From contig DYRY01000002.1 of the NCBI GenBank assembly GCA_020718465.1, positions 29,360-66,299 on the forward strand: 36,940 nucleotides of DNA, given 5' to 3'. Of the stretch, positions 17,066 through 25,969 are shown piece after piece. Source of the stretch: Anaeromyxobacter dehalogenans. GTDB lineage: Bacteria; UBP6; JAFGXH01. Both the position numbers and the translations under genes were made by a program. The notes beneath the pieces are model-generated. The model made no database searches. It was not told the DNA's origin and worked only from the letters and a program-made list of their open reading frames with translations. The number at the start of each line of letters is the position of its first letter. Positions within the stretch are counted from its first letter, which is position 1.

Positions 17066-17121
17066 TCTCTTGAATTTTTATCTGAAATATGTAATTATTT
17101 AATAGTTGTTGTGGAGAAGAG

Positions 17122-17355
17122 ATGAAAAAACTACTAATTTTGACAATATTAATGTTCAGCACATCTATTTTTGCTACGGATGAAAAAAGTAAATTTTACG
17201 ATTTTTCTGATTTAATGATTAATGGTGACTTTAAAAAACCAGAGATGCTATCCATTAAAGATAAAAAATCTACAAAATTTGATAAAATGTTAAATTTAAA
17301 AGCCTCTTTTATTCCTCAAATTGAGAAATCAGATAAAGATATTGCTATAAAATAA
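17122..17355 (+). CDS. Small secreted protein (77 aa)
   Basis: GGAG RBS, a clear signal peptide MKKLLILTILMFSTSIFA, and a charged mature part. No family is recognised. Confidence 0.5.
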   Translation: MKKLLILTILMFSTSIFATDEKSKFYDFSDLMINGDFKKPEMLSIKDKKSTKFDKMLNLKASFIPQIEKSDKDIAIK

Positions 17356-17507
17356 AAAGAAACATAATAATCTTCTTTTTTTACTAAAAAGATAAAAATA
17401 GAAGTAATTTTATTTTTTTTGATGAATGGTGACATTAATATATATTTTTTACTGTTTTAAAATCTTTAGATGTGAGCAAATTATTGTAGTTAAATATTTT
17501 AAAAGTT

Positions 17508-18401
17508 ATGGTTGATTTAGAAGTAATTAGAGAGTTTGCTTTGGAAACTCTTGGTTTTAATCTTTTTGGTGTTACATCAAAAAAACCAACTGAGTTTGAA
17601 AAAGAGCAATTTATCAATCTCATTAATCAAAAAAAACATGGAACAATGAGTTTTCTTGAGAACTATATTGATGTAAGATTAGATCCAAATCTATTTTTTG
17701 AAAACTATAAATCAGTTATTGTTGTTGCTCAAAGTTACTATCAAAAATTAGATAAAAATGATGATTTTTTAAAATATGTTTCAAAATTTGCTTTTGGTAG
17801 AGATTATCATAATGTCATTAGAAAAAAACTTAAAAAATTTCTACTTTATTTGAATCAGTTTGGTATTAATGGAAAAATATCAGTTGATTCTACACCTGTT
17901 TTAGAGAAATTCTATGCAAAAGAGGCTGGAATTGGTTGGCAAGGTAAAAATACTCTTATTATTAATAAAAAATATGGTTCTTTTATTTTTTTAGGGCTTA
18001 TTTTTGTTGATTACCCATTTGAGAACTCTTCAGAAATTACTAATTTATGTGGAAGTTGTTCTAAATGTATTAATGCATGTCCTACTAAAGCACTAGATAT
18101 TAATGGATTAAATCCATTAAAATGTATATCATATCACACAATTGAGTCAAAAAATGAGACTCCTGAAGAGATTGTGGAGTATATTTTTGGATGTGATATT
18201 TGCCAAAATGTTTGTCCTTGGAATAGAGATTTAAATGATACTATTGATATTAATTTTACAAAAAAAAATTATCCTTTTTTAAAAGAGTTAGTAAATATTA
18301 ATGAGTTTGAATTTGATAAAATTTTCCAAGGCTCATCAATAAAAAGAGCTGGGTATAAAAAATTTATAAAACAGGCAAATAGAATATATCAAAATAGTTA
18401 G
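17508..18401 (+). CDS. queG: Epoxyqueuosine reductase
   Basis: N-terminus IREFALETLGFNLFGVTS. GWQGKNTLIINKKYGSFIFLG. Two ferredoxin-type clusters CGSCSKCINACP and CDICQNVCPWN. Confidence 0.85.
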   Translation: MVDLEVIREFALETLGFNLFGVTSKKPTEFEKEQFINLINQKKHGTMSFLENYIDVRLDPNLFFENYKSVIVVAQSYYQKLDKNDDFLKYVSKFAFGRDYHNVIRKKLKKFLLYLNQFGINGKISVDSTPVLEKFYAKEAGIGWQGKNTLIINKKYGSFIFLGLIFVDYPFENSSEITNLCGSCSKCINACPTKALDINGLNPLKCISYHTIESKNETPEEIVEYIFGCDICQNVCPWNRDLNDTIDINFTKKNYPFLKELVNINEFEFDKIFQGSSIKRAGYKKFIKQANRIYQNS

Positions 18402-18516
18402 ATTTTTGATAGTTATAGTAATTTAAATATCTATTTATACAATAAGAATCAAACTGTTTTTATTTTTTATTAATAACAAAAAATATAATATGTGTAATTG
18501 ATTTTTTTAAATAATA

Positions 18517-20001
18517 TCATTTACAAACAGTATTAAACTCCTCCAGCTCCTTTTCTGATAGATATTTTCTAAAATTCTCAATTTTTCTTACTTGATCACA
18601 TTTTTTAAGTTTTAAAAAAGATAAAATAAGATATTTTTTTTCTTTTTCTGTTAAATTATATTTATTTTCAAGAGATGCTAGTATCTGTTTATATTTTTTA
18701 TCATTAAAATCTCCCTCTAAATTATCAGAATCTTTATGACTACTTTCAGAAACCATTTTTTTACTGTTTACTATTTGGCTTTTTTGTTCTGTTGCTACTT
18801 CATCACCTGATAATATTTTAGAGTCTGATGCAATCTCATCTTTTCTTTCACTCTTTTTTTTATCACTTAATTCTATATTTTCAAAATTAGAATCATCTGA
18901 TAAATTAGTTTTAGACTCCTTTTCTGCTCCACCAATTGCCAATATCTCATTTTCATCAGAATGATAACCTCTTGCCGGAGAGCCTTTTGATGTTGTTGTT
19001 GTTTTATTCACTACTTTATTAATAGAGATATCTTTGCTTTTGTTTCTGTCAATATTTTCTGAATTTTTAGTAATTGTAGTTTTATTAGAGATATATTTCT
19101 CTTGATTTTGTTGAGTTTTGGAAGTGATGCTTTTTGTGTTAAAATCAGATTCATTTTTACTCTGATTTTCCTCTTGGTTGTATGACTTTTTCATTATGGT
19201 AGTATCCATTTTTTTAGATTTTTTAGAGTAATCTATTTTTGCATTTATAACAACTCCTTCACCAGATGCTTTTCGATTGAATGAAATATCTTGTTTAACT
19301 ACTAAACTATCCTCTTTGGCAAACTTTATAGAGTCATTTAAAACATCTAAATCATCTGAACCTGATTCTGAAATAGCTTCCAATTTTGATTGATCTTTTT
19401 CAAAACTCTCATTTTTTTTAGAAATAACAATAGTTGATTGTTTTTCATTAACAAAAGTTCCACTTAAAGCATTGGCGGATGTGTAAAACATATCAGATTT
19501 TTTATATAAAAACGGTTGCCCAATATATACTCCAATAACTAAAATTGCTGCTATTGAAAAAAATTGAATAATTTTGGCTCTTTTTTTGAATGAGACTATT
19601 TTGCTACTATTTTGTTCATTTTTTTTCTCATATCTTAATAAAGAAAGTGGATTAATGTTTGGAATATTTTCATTAATTATCTCATCTTTTTTAGTGTTAT
19701 TAATGAGTTTCTTGAATTTATCAGTTACATCTGTATTTTCATTTTTTTTTAGTGGAGTTTCGATTTCACTAAAATTGGGTTCAATTCCAAGTTGAACAAG
19801 TTTTTGAGAGGCTTTTTCAATAATTAAAATATTTAAATCTGATAAATTTGGAGTAGATAGATTTTCATCAATTTTTTTGTATATTTTTAATGATTTTTCA
19901 TAGTTTATTTTACAAAATTCACAATTTTCAATATGTTTTATCTCCTCTTCTGAAATATCTGGGAATTTTAGTAGTAGCTCATCAATACTAAAGCATCTCA
20001 T
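18517..20001 (-). CDS. Anti-sigma factor (zf-HC2 type), single TM, long low-complexity extracytoplasmic region
   Basis: AGGAGG RBS. HxxxCxxC motif HIENCEFC. TM FFSIAAILVIGVYIG. It overlaps the upstream ECF sigma gene by 14 nt. Confidence 0.7.
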   Translation of the reverse strand: MRCFSIDELLLKFPDISEEEIKHIENCEFCKINYEKSLKIYKKIDENLSTPNLSDLNILIIEKASQKLVQLGIEPNFSEIETPLKKNENTDVTDKFKKLINNTKKDEIINENIPNINPLSLLRYEKKNEQNSSKIVSFKKRAKIIQFFSIAAILVIGVYIGQPFLYKKSDMFYTSANALSGTFVNEKQSTIVISKKNESFEKDQSKLEAISESGSDDLDVLNDSIKFAKEDSLVVKQDISFNRKASGEGVVINAKIDYSKKSKKMDTTIMKKSYNQEENQSKNESDFNTKSITSKTQQNQEKYISNKTTITKNSENIDRNKSKDISINKVVNKTTTTSKGSPARGYHSDENEILAIGGAEKESKTNLSDDSNFENIELSDKKKSERKDEIASDSKILSGDEVATEQKSQIVNSKKMVSESSHKDSDNLEGDFNDKKYKQILASLENKYNLTEKEKKYLILSFLKLKKCDQVRKIENFRKYLSEKELEEFNTVCK

Positions 20002-20551
20002 ACTCCTCCTTTAGCAAAGAGAGGGCTTTTCTGAATTTTGTTTTCACACTATTCTCATTACTCCCAATCATCTCTGCAATCTCACTAAATTTTAGCTCAG
20101 AGTGAAAACGTAAAAAGCAGATCTCTTTAAGTGATGGTTCTAAATTCTCTAACATAATGGAAACTTTACTCTCCTCCGATTTTGATACAAAAAGAGTTGA
20201 TGGAGTACTCTCTTCACTTGGAACAATATCATGAAGAGGTTTATCAACATCATCAGAAGTTTTATCAAGAGATATTGCAACAACATTTCTTTTTCTAAAA
20301 GAGTCTACAATTGTGTTTCTAGCAATTAAAAAAAGCCAACTTTTATAACTTGACTCTTTTTTAAATCTATCAATATTCTGAATAATTTTTAGATAAACAT
20401 CTTGATATATATCTTTTGCTCTCTCATTAGAATCAACTTGATTAATAATATAACCAAAAAGCATTCGTTCATATTTTTTAAGAAGTGTTTCAAAAGCCCT
20501 CATGCTACCCCTTAAATAGAGATCTATTAGTGTAAAGTCATCTTCCTTCAC
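19988..20551 (-). CDS. ECF (group 4) sigma-70 factor
   Basis: GTG start with GGTGG upstream. Region 2 FETLLKKYERMLFGYI...DIYQDVYLKI...SYKSWLFLIARNTIVDSFRK. Region 4 FLRFHSELKFSEIAEMIGSNENSVKTKFRKAL. Confidence 0.9.
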   Translation of the reverse strand: MKEDDFTLIDLYLRGSMRAFETLLKKYERMLFGYIINQVDSNERAKDIYQDVYLKIIQNIDRFKKESSYKSWLFLIARNTIVDSFRKRNVVAISLDKTSDDVDKPLHDIVPSEESTPSTLFVSKSEESKVSIMLENLEPSLKEICFLRFHSELKFSEIAEMIGSNENSVKTKFRKALSLLKEEYEML

Positions 20552-20664
20552 CCTGCCACCTACTAAGACGAATAATAAGATAAAAAAGTTTTATAACTCT
20601 TTTTATTTACTCTTGCAAGAGATTTTTTTAAAAATAAACCCTTTATAATCAGAGGTTTTTTTAA

Positions 20665-20693
20665 TTGACAAACTATATTTTTTAAATTATAAT
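20665..20693 (+). promoter_or_regulatory. Consensus sigma70 promoter for the yfgM-like/bamB-like/pal operon
   Basis: TTGACA (20665-20670), 17-nt spacer, TATAAT (20688-20693). GGGGAGG RBS and a GTG start at 20721. Confidence 0.55.
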
Positions 20694-20720
20694 GCTCTGC
20701 TATATAATGGGGAGGCTAGA

Positions 20721-21488
20721 GTGGCTCATAAAATCAAACACAAAGTTAAAGTAAAAAAAGAGGAACAGATTCAACAAGCACCTGTAGAAACACCTGAAGA
20801 GATAGTATATCAAGACCAATTTATTGAGGTTGCAAATAAAGCACTATCAAAATCAGTGAGTTATAAATATCTTATTTTTGCACTATTTTTAGGTGCATTT
20901 GTAGTTACTGGTGTTTATAGTTATATAAAACATAGTAATGATACAAAAGCTGTTGAGATGGCATCTCATTTTTTTACAGCTCAAGAGGTTTTTGAAAGGC
21001 CAGTTGTTTCTGTTAATTCTGAAGAGAAGCTAGAGACAGCCTTCACAACAGCAGAAGAGAAATATAAAACAGCAGTATCTCTATTTGAAAGTTTTGCAAT
21101 TAAACATAATGATTCTGAACTTGGAAGTGTTGCAACTCTTTATGCTGCAAACTCTCTATTTGAGATGGGAAAATTGGAAGACTCCATAAGATATTATGAA
21201 TCTTTTATAAACAAAACAGAAACTATTGAACTAAAAGAGCTTGCAAAGCTTAAACTTGCAAAAACTCTATATTTAACTAAAGAGTTTGATAAAGCATTAA
21301 ACTATCTTGATCAAATTGTATCATCAACCAACAAATATATTGCTTCTGCATCCCTTTTTCAAAAAGGGGAAGTTTATGATTCAAAAAATCAAAAAGATAA
21401 AGCAAAAGAGTCTTACTTGAAAATTGTAAAAGATTTTGAAGGCTCATTTTATGCAACAAAAGCACAAAAAAAATTAATTTCTAATTAG
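20721..21488 (+). CDS. YfgM-like membrane-anchored TPR protein
   Basis: Short cytoplasmic N-terminus, one TM (YLIFALFLGAFVVTGVYSYI) and a periplasmic TPR-like domain. It is followed by a BamB-like gene, as in the E. coli yfgM-bamB arrangement. Confidence 0.6.
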   Translation: MAHKIKHKVKVKKEEQIQQAPVETPEEIVYQDQFIEVANKALSKSVSYKYLIFALFLGAFVVTGVYSYIKHSNDTKAVEMASHFFTAQEVFERPVVSVNSEEKLETAFTTAEEKYKTAVSLFESFAIKHNDSELGSVATLYAANSLFEMGKLEDSIRYYESFINKTETIELKELAKLKLAKTLYLTKEFDKALNYLDQIVSSTNKYIASASLFQKGEVYDSKNQKDKAKESYLKIVKDFEGSFYATKAQKKLISN

Positions 21489-21492
21489 GATT

Positions 21493-22623
21493 ATGAGAAA
21501 AATTATACTACTATCCATCATCTTTTTAGCATCTTGTGGAATTACCCAACAGTCAGAAGTAGAGAGGTTTCATTCAGATTTTTCTAAAAAAGATAGTGGA
21601 GGCAATTTTGAAATTTTGTGGTCAAAATCACTAATAAACTCTGATTTTAGAGAATCAAGTGATATGGAGATGACACAACCAATTTTATCTAATAATAAAA
21701 CTTTATATATTGGAGCATCAAATGGTGTTTTTGGTGAAGTGACATTAGATAAAGGTGTTTTTGTTTGGAAAAAACAGCTGAAAGCCCCCATTACAGGAGA
21801 GATTCACTTAACAAAAAATGGTGAACTAATTTATTTAGGAAATGATAACTCCATTTATAAAACAACAGCATCTGGTGATGTGGTTTGGAAAACACAATTG
21901 GATAATGAAAGAGTTATCTCAAAAATAGTTGAGTTAGATAATACAATCTATTTTAAATCATCAAAAGAGAGAGTTTATTCTATAAATATTGATAATGGTG
22001 AGAGATGGTGGGTAACAAAATCTTACATGCCAGATTGGTTTAAAATAGAGTCAAATAGTTCAATAGTTGTAAACAATTTTAAAATATTTTCTACTTTTTC
22101 AGATGGAACCTTTGCTATTTTTGATAGAAAAAGTGGAAAAAGTATTTTTGAAACAAAATTCTCATCTGGGGAGGGATTTCAAGATTTTGGAGGGGAGTTA
22201 ACTCTTATTGATGAAAAACTTCTTATTCCATCTTTTAAAGGTGGTGTAATTGCATTTGACATAAACAAAAATATTGAAATTTGGCAACAAAAAGAGGTTG
22301 CATTTAGTAGTGTTATTGTTTGGAAAGGTTTTGGTTTCTATATTTCAGAAAACTCTCTTTTAAAAATATCTTTAAATGATGGTAAAGTAATTGAAAAAAT
22401 TAAATTAAATATTAACAACATAACTAATATTCTTGAATTTAATAATAATTTGATGCTTTTTTCAAAAAATGAGGGTCTATTTGTTATTGATCTTTTGGGT
22501 AAAAAAAGCTCAAAACATCTTCAATTAAGCTCTGGAGTTAGTGGAATTCCGATTATTTTTGATAATCAGTTGATTTTTATAGCAAATAGTGGTATTTTGT
22601 ATAGCGTGAAGTTGCATCATTAG
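21493..22623 (+). CDS. bamB: BamB-like PQQ-repeat beta-propeller lipoprotein
   Basis: Lipobox FLASCG. Repeated about 40-aa units with the W-motif (VFVWKKQL, DVVWKTQL, GERWWVTK, IEIWQQKE). Context sits between yfgM-like and pal. Confidence 0.6.
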   Translation: MRKIILLSIIFLASCGITQQSEVERFHSDFSKKDSGGNFEILWSKSLINSDFRESSDMEMTQPILSNNKTLYIGASNGVFGEVTLDKGVFVWKKQLKAPITGEIHLTKNGELIYLGNDNSIYKTTASGDVVWKTQLDNERVISKIVELDNTIYFKSSKERVYSINIDNGERWWVTKSYMPDWFKIESNSSIVVNNFKIFSTFSDGTFAIFDRKSGKSIFETKFSSGEGFQDFGGELTLIDEKLLIPSFKGGVIAFDINKNIEIWQQKEVAFSSVIVWKGFGFYISENSLLKISLNDGKVIEKIKLNINNITNILEFNNNLMLFSKNEGLFVIDLLGKKSSKHLQLSSGVSGIPIIFDNQLIFIANSGILYSVKLHH

Positions 22624-22649
22624 AACTATTCTTGTTTTGGAGGGAATAC

Positions 22650-23417
22650 ATGATGAAAAAAATCTTATTGTTGTTGTCTTTAGGTCTTATTCTTGCTGGG
22701 TGTGAAACAATAAAATACCCTGCTTGTGAAAACGATACTCATTGTAAAGGGAAAAATAGTGAACGCCCTAATGAGGTTTGTGTTAATAGAGAGTGTAAAG
22801 AGTGTAGAGCCGATTCTGATTGCTCAACAGGACTTCTTTGCAAAGAGAATCAATGTAAACCAGAGTGTGTTACTGATTCAGAGTGTGACTCTCCTAAAAT
22901 CTGCAAAGCACAAAAATGTCAATTTGAGTGTGAAGCTGATGGAGATTGTGCAGAGGGTTATCAATGTAAAGAGAACAAATGTGAAGTTAAACTTGAGTGT
23001 ACACAAGATATTGATTGTGATGCAGGACTTGAGTGTAGAGATAACAAATGTTTAGAGCCAATTAAAATTAGTAAAATGGATACAATTCCAGAGTGTTCTT
23101 TAGAGAGAGTTCATTTCGATTTTAATGAGTATACTTTAACATCTGAAGCAAGGGAGACTCTTTCAAAAAATGCTGAGTGCATTGCAACCAAAACAGAAGC
23201 AATTGTTGTTGAAGGGCATTGTGATGATAGAGGAACAGAGGAGTATAATCTTAATCTTGGTCAAAAAAGAGCTGATTCTGTTCAAAAATATCTAAAATCT
23301 CTTGGGGTTAAATCTAGTATTAAATCTATCTCAAAAGGTGAAGAGGATCCTTTAGATTCATCAAGCAATGAAGATGCTTGGTCTAAAAATAGAAGATCTG
23401 AAATTATTTTTAAATAA
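22650..23417 (+). CDS. pal: Peptidoglycan-associated lipoprotein (OmpA_C family) with a Cys-rich module array in place of the linker
   Basis: GGAGGG lies 5 nt upstream of the ATG at 22650; the track start at 22632 is a TTG. Lipobox ILAGCE. OmpA-C motifs VHFDFNEYTLTSEA, VVEGHCDDRGTEEYNLNLGQKRADSV and NRRSEIIF. Confidence 0.85.
   Translation: MMKKILLLLSLGLILAGCETIKYPACENDTHCKGKNSERPNEVCVNRECKECRADSDCSTGLLCKENQCKPECVTDSECDSPKICKAQKCQFECEADGDCAEGYQCKENKCEVKLECTQDIDCDAGLECRDNKCLEPIKISKMDTIPECSLERVHFDFNEYTLTSEARETLSKNAECIATKTEAIVVEGHCDDRGTEEYNLNLGQKRADSVQKYLKSLGVKSSIKSISKGEEDPLDSSSNEDAWSKNRRSEIIFK
22725..23060 (+). repeat. Five tandem 21-26-aa four-Cys modules (C-x2-D-x2-C-x5..11-C-x4-C) inside pal
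   Basis: CENDTHC..C....C / CRADSDCSTGLLCKENQC / CVTDSECDSPKICKAQKC / CEADGDCAEGYQCKENKC / CTQDIDCDAGLECRDNKC. The period is about 63 bp at the DNA level. Confidence 0.85.
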
Positions 23418-23500
23418 TTGATAAATTTAACATCTAATGTTAAATTTATGAAAAATAAGTGTATTATAATTGAATAAAAATTTTTATGTTTTGTTTAAGA

Positions 23501-23535
23501 TAGTTAGAGGGGGTTTTCTCTCTAACTATTTTTTT
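23501..23535 (+). terminator. Rho-independent terminator after pal
   Basis: Stem TAGTTAGAG (23501-23509) / CTCTAACTA (23520-23528), then a T tract at 23529-23535. Confidence 0.7.
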
Positions 23536-23753
23536 ATAGGATAATTATAATTAATCTTATAAATGATATAATACCAATTTTGCATAATTTAATAGTCATA
23601 TTTTTTATGTAGTTTTTTTTTAGAAATTTAATTAAGAAAAAATGGTATAATTTTGTGTTTTTATAATTAAATATATTTTCTATTATTTAAAGTTTTAAAT
23701 AATTAAAGAGTTTTATTTTTAAATACTTATTTTGTTTTCAGGATTATTAGTAG

Positions 23754-24383
23754 ATGAATATACTTTCATATTACAACCCACCACTTTATGAAAACTGTTA
23801 TCTTGTATATGACATGTCTTCAAAAGAGGCATTTATAATAGATCCTGGTGCAAAACCAGCCCCAATTGTAGATTTTTTAAAAGAGTATAACTTCTCTCTA
23901 AAAGGGATATTAAATACACATGGTCATTTTGATCATATTTTATATAATGACTATTTTAAGGAGATGTTCACTATACCTATATATGCACATAAATTAGAGA
24001 TTGATAATTTTAAAAATGCTCAAAGATATGGTAGTTTTTTTGGAATGAAGCTTGAACCAATACAGAATCCAACTGTTTGGATCTCTTCAGAAAATAGTTT
24101 TACTCTTGGGAAATACAAAATAGAGGTTATTGAAACTCCTGGTCACTCTGAAGGTAGTTTGTGTTTTTATATTGCCTCTGAAGGGGTTCTTTTTTCTGGT
24201 GATACTCTATTTCATGAAGGGATTGGAAGAACAGATTTGCCTGGGGGTAATTTCTCTATTTTAAAAGATAGTATTCATAGATTATTTGAGTTACCAAATG
24301 AAACAAGGGTTTATAGTGGTCATGGTTCAACAACAACAATATCACATGAAAAAAAGAGTAATTATATAAATCGTTATCTATGA
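23754..24383 (+). CDS. MBL-fold hydrolase (glyoxalase II-like)
   Basis: NTHGHFDH metal motif, TPGHSEGS, GDTLF, GRTD and SGHG. Confidence 0.85.
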   Translation: MNILSYYNPPLYENCYLVYDMSSKEAFIIDPGAKPAPIVDFLKEYNFSLKGILNTHGHFDHILYNDYFKEMFTIPIYAHKLEIDNFKNAQRYGSFFGMKLEPIQNPTVWISSENSFTLGKYKIEVIETPGHSEGSLCFYIASEGVLFSGDTLFHEGIGRTDLPGGNFSILKDSIHRLFELPNETRVYSGHGSTTTISHEKKSNYINRYL

Positions 24384-25144
24384 AAAATCTTCCTATTGGT
24401 GTTTTTGATTCTGGTGTTGGAGGAGTATCAACATTAGCCTCACTTATAAAACATCTCCCACATGAAAATTTTATATTTTATGCTGATCATAAAAATGCTC
24501 CTTATGGAGTTCAAACTAAAGAGAGTATTCAAAAGCATGTTTTTAAAATTGTTGATTATTTTGTTAAACAAAATATTAAAAGTGTAGTTGTAGCATGTAA
24601 TACAGCAACAAGTGCAGCAATAAATGATTTAAGAAATATATATAGTTTTCCAATAATAGGGGTTGAACCAGCTTTAAAAGTTGCAACAGACTCAAAAACA
24701 GATAAAAAAATAGGAGTAATGGCAACTCCACTCACAATAAAAGAGGAAAAATTTGCAAAATTATGCAATAGATTTAAAGATAGTTTTGATATTGACCTTT
24801 TTCCTGCTCCTGGATTAGTTGAATTAATTGAAAATAGAGATGAAAGTGGAATTAATAGATATATTTTAGAGTTTTTTAAGTATAAAAATATGGAGAGTTT
24901 TTCTCATTTGGTTTTGGGTTGTACACACTATATATTTATTAAAAAAAATATTGAAAAAATATATCCACATCTAAAAATAGTAGATGGAAATGATGGAGTT
25001 GCAAAAGAGCTTAAAAAACAATTAATAGCTCTAAATTTACTAAATGAGTCAATAAATATAGGTTCAATTCAGTTTGAAACATCAGGAGATAACTCAAATA
25101 TAAAAAAAATGGAGTATTTTTTAGAGATAGCAAAAAATTTATAA
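24380..25144 (+). CDS. murI: Glutamate racemase
   Basis: IGVFDSGVGGVS, VVACNTATSAA and LGCTHY. The start overlaps the upstream stop as ATGA (24380-24383). Confidence 0.9.
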   Translation: MKNLPIGVFDSGVGGVSTLASLIKHLPHENFIFYADHKNAPYGVQTKESIQKHVFKIVDYFVKQNIKSVVVACNTATSAAINDLRNIYSFPIIGVEPALKVATDSKTDKKIGVMATPLTIKEEKFAKLCNRFKDSFDIDLFPAPGLVELIENRDESGINRYILEFFKYKNMESFSHLVLGCTHYIFIKKNIEKIYPHLKIVDGNDGVAKELKKQLIALNLLNESINIGSIQFETSGDNSNIKKMEYFLEIAKNL

Positions 25145-25264
25145 AATTATAGATTTTTTTTTTCATATTCAGTGGGTTAAAATCTGCTGTTCATATATAA
25201 TTTTTTATTTATTTTATATATTTATTTTTTTATAATAAAACTATACTTTTGGAGTATATATTTC

Positions 25265-25684
25265 ATGAATAAAAGAGTTGTTGTTACATTAGTAGTACTA
25301 TTTTCAGCCTTAAGTTATCTATTTATATCTGCATTTTTAGATAATAAAATGGCATATAGCTCTGTTTCAGAGATTGTTATCAACTTAACAGATTTTAATA
25401 AAAAATTTATTAAAGTTACAGGAGCTTTAAAAATAGATTCAATAACACAACAAAAGGGAGAGGCTGGAAAAATATTTCATCAATTCACTATTGAAGATAA
25501 AAAAGATAAAACTCAAATGATTGTTCATTTTAATGGAGTTATGCCTGGTAATCTTATTGAAGAAACAGATGTTATTTTAACAGGTATGATTGATAATTCA
25601 ATATTAAAAGCAGATACAATGATTACAAAATGTCCATCAAAATATGAAAATGAGAAAAAACATCCTGATTCTATAAAAAAATAG
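25265..25684 (+). CDS. ccmE: Cytochrome c maturation heme chaperone CcmE, Cys-type (CxxxY) variant
   Basis: N-terminal anchor VVVTLVVLFSALSYLFISAF. OB-fold pattern KFIKVTGAL...MIVHFNGVMPGNLIEETDVILTGM. C-terminal KCPSKYE, where canonical CcmE has HxxxY. Confidence 0.75.
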   Translation: MNKRVVVTLVVLFSALSYLFISAFLDNKMAYSSVSEIVINLTDFNKKFIKVTGALKIDSITQQKGEAGKIFHQFTIEDKKDKTQMIVHFNGVMPGNLIEETDVILTGMIDNSILKADTMITKCPSKYENEKKHPDSIKK

Positions 25685-25969
25685 ATTTTAACTTTTAAAA
25701 TTAATCAAATATCTCTTTTAGTTTATTTTGATAGTTTTGATTGTATGTAACTCCATTATGAATTTCATTATGTAAAATAATTAGTTTATCTATTGCTTTA
25801 AATTTTTTTGTAGTTTTAAAGATGATTCATATTTTATAATTACTTTTTATAAATTAAATGCTATAATAGTAAAGATGATTTGATTTTTTATTCATCTCTT
25901 TATTTTTATTGTTTTTTACTTTTTTTATTAAAAAAAAACAATTATTTCTATTTTTTAAGTAGGATTTTT

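Noticed and set aside
23421-23449. Perfect 13-bp inverted repeat ATAAATTTAACAT-CTA-ATGTTAAATTTAT immediately after the pal stop, considered as a terminator or sRNA.
   Set aside because: The stem is almost entirely A/T (one C-G pair) with no following T tract. The GC-containing hairpin plus T-run at 23501-23535 is the more credible terminator. It is retained only as a note.
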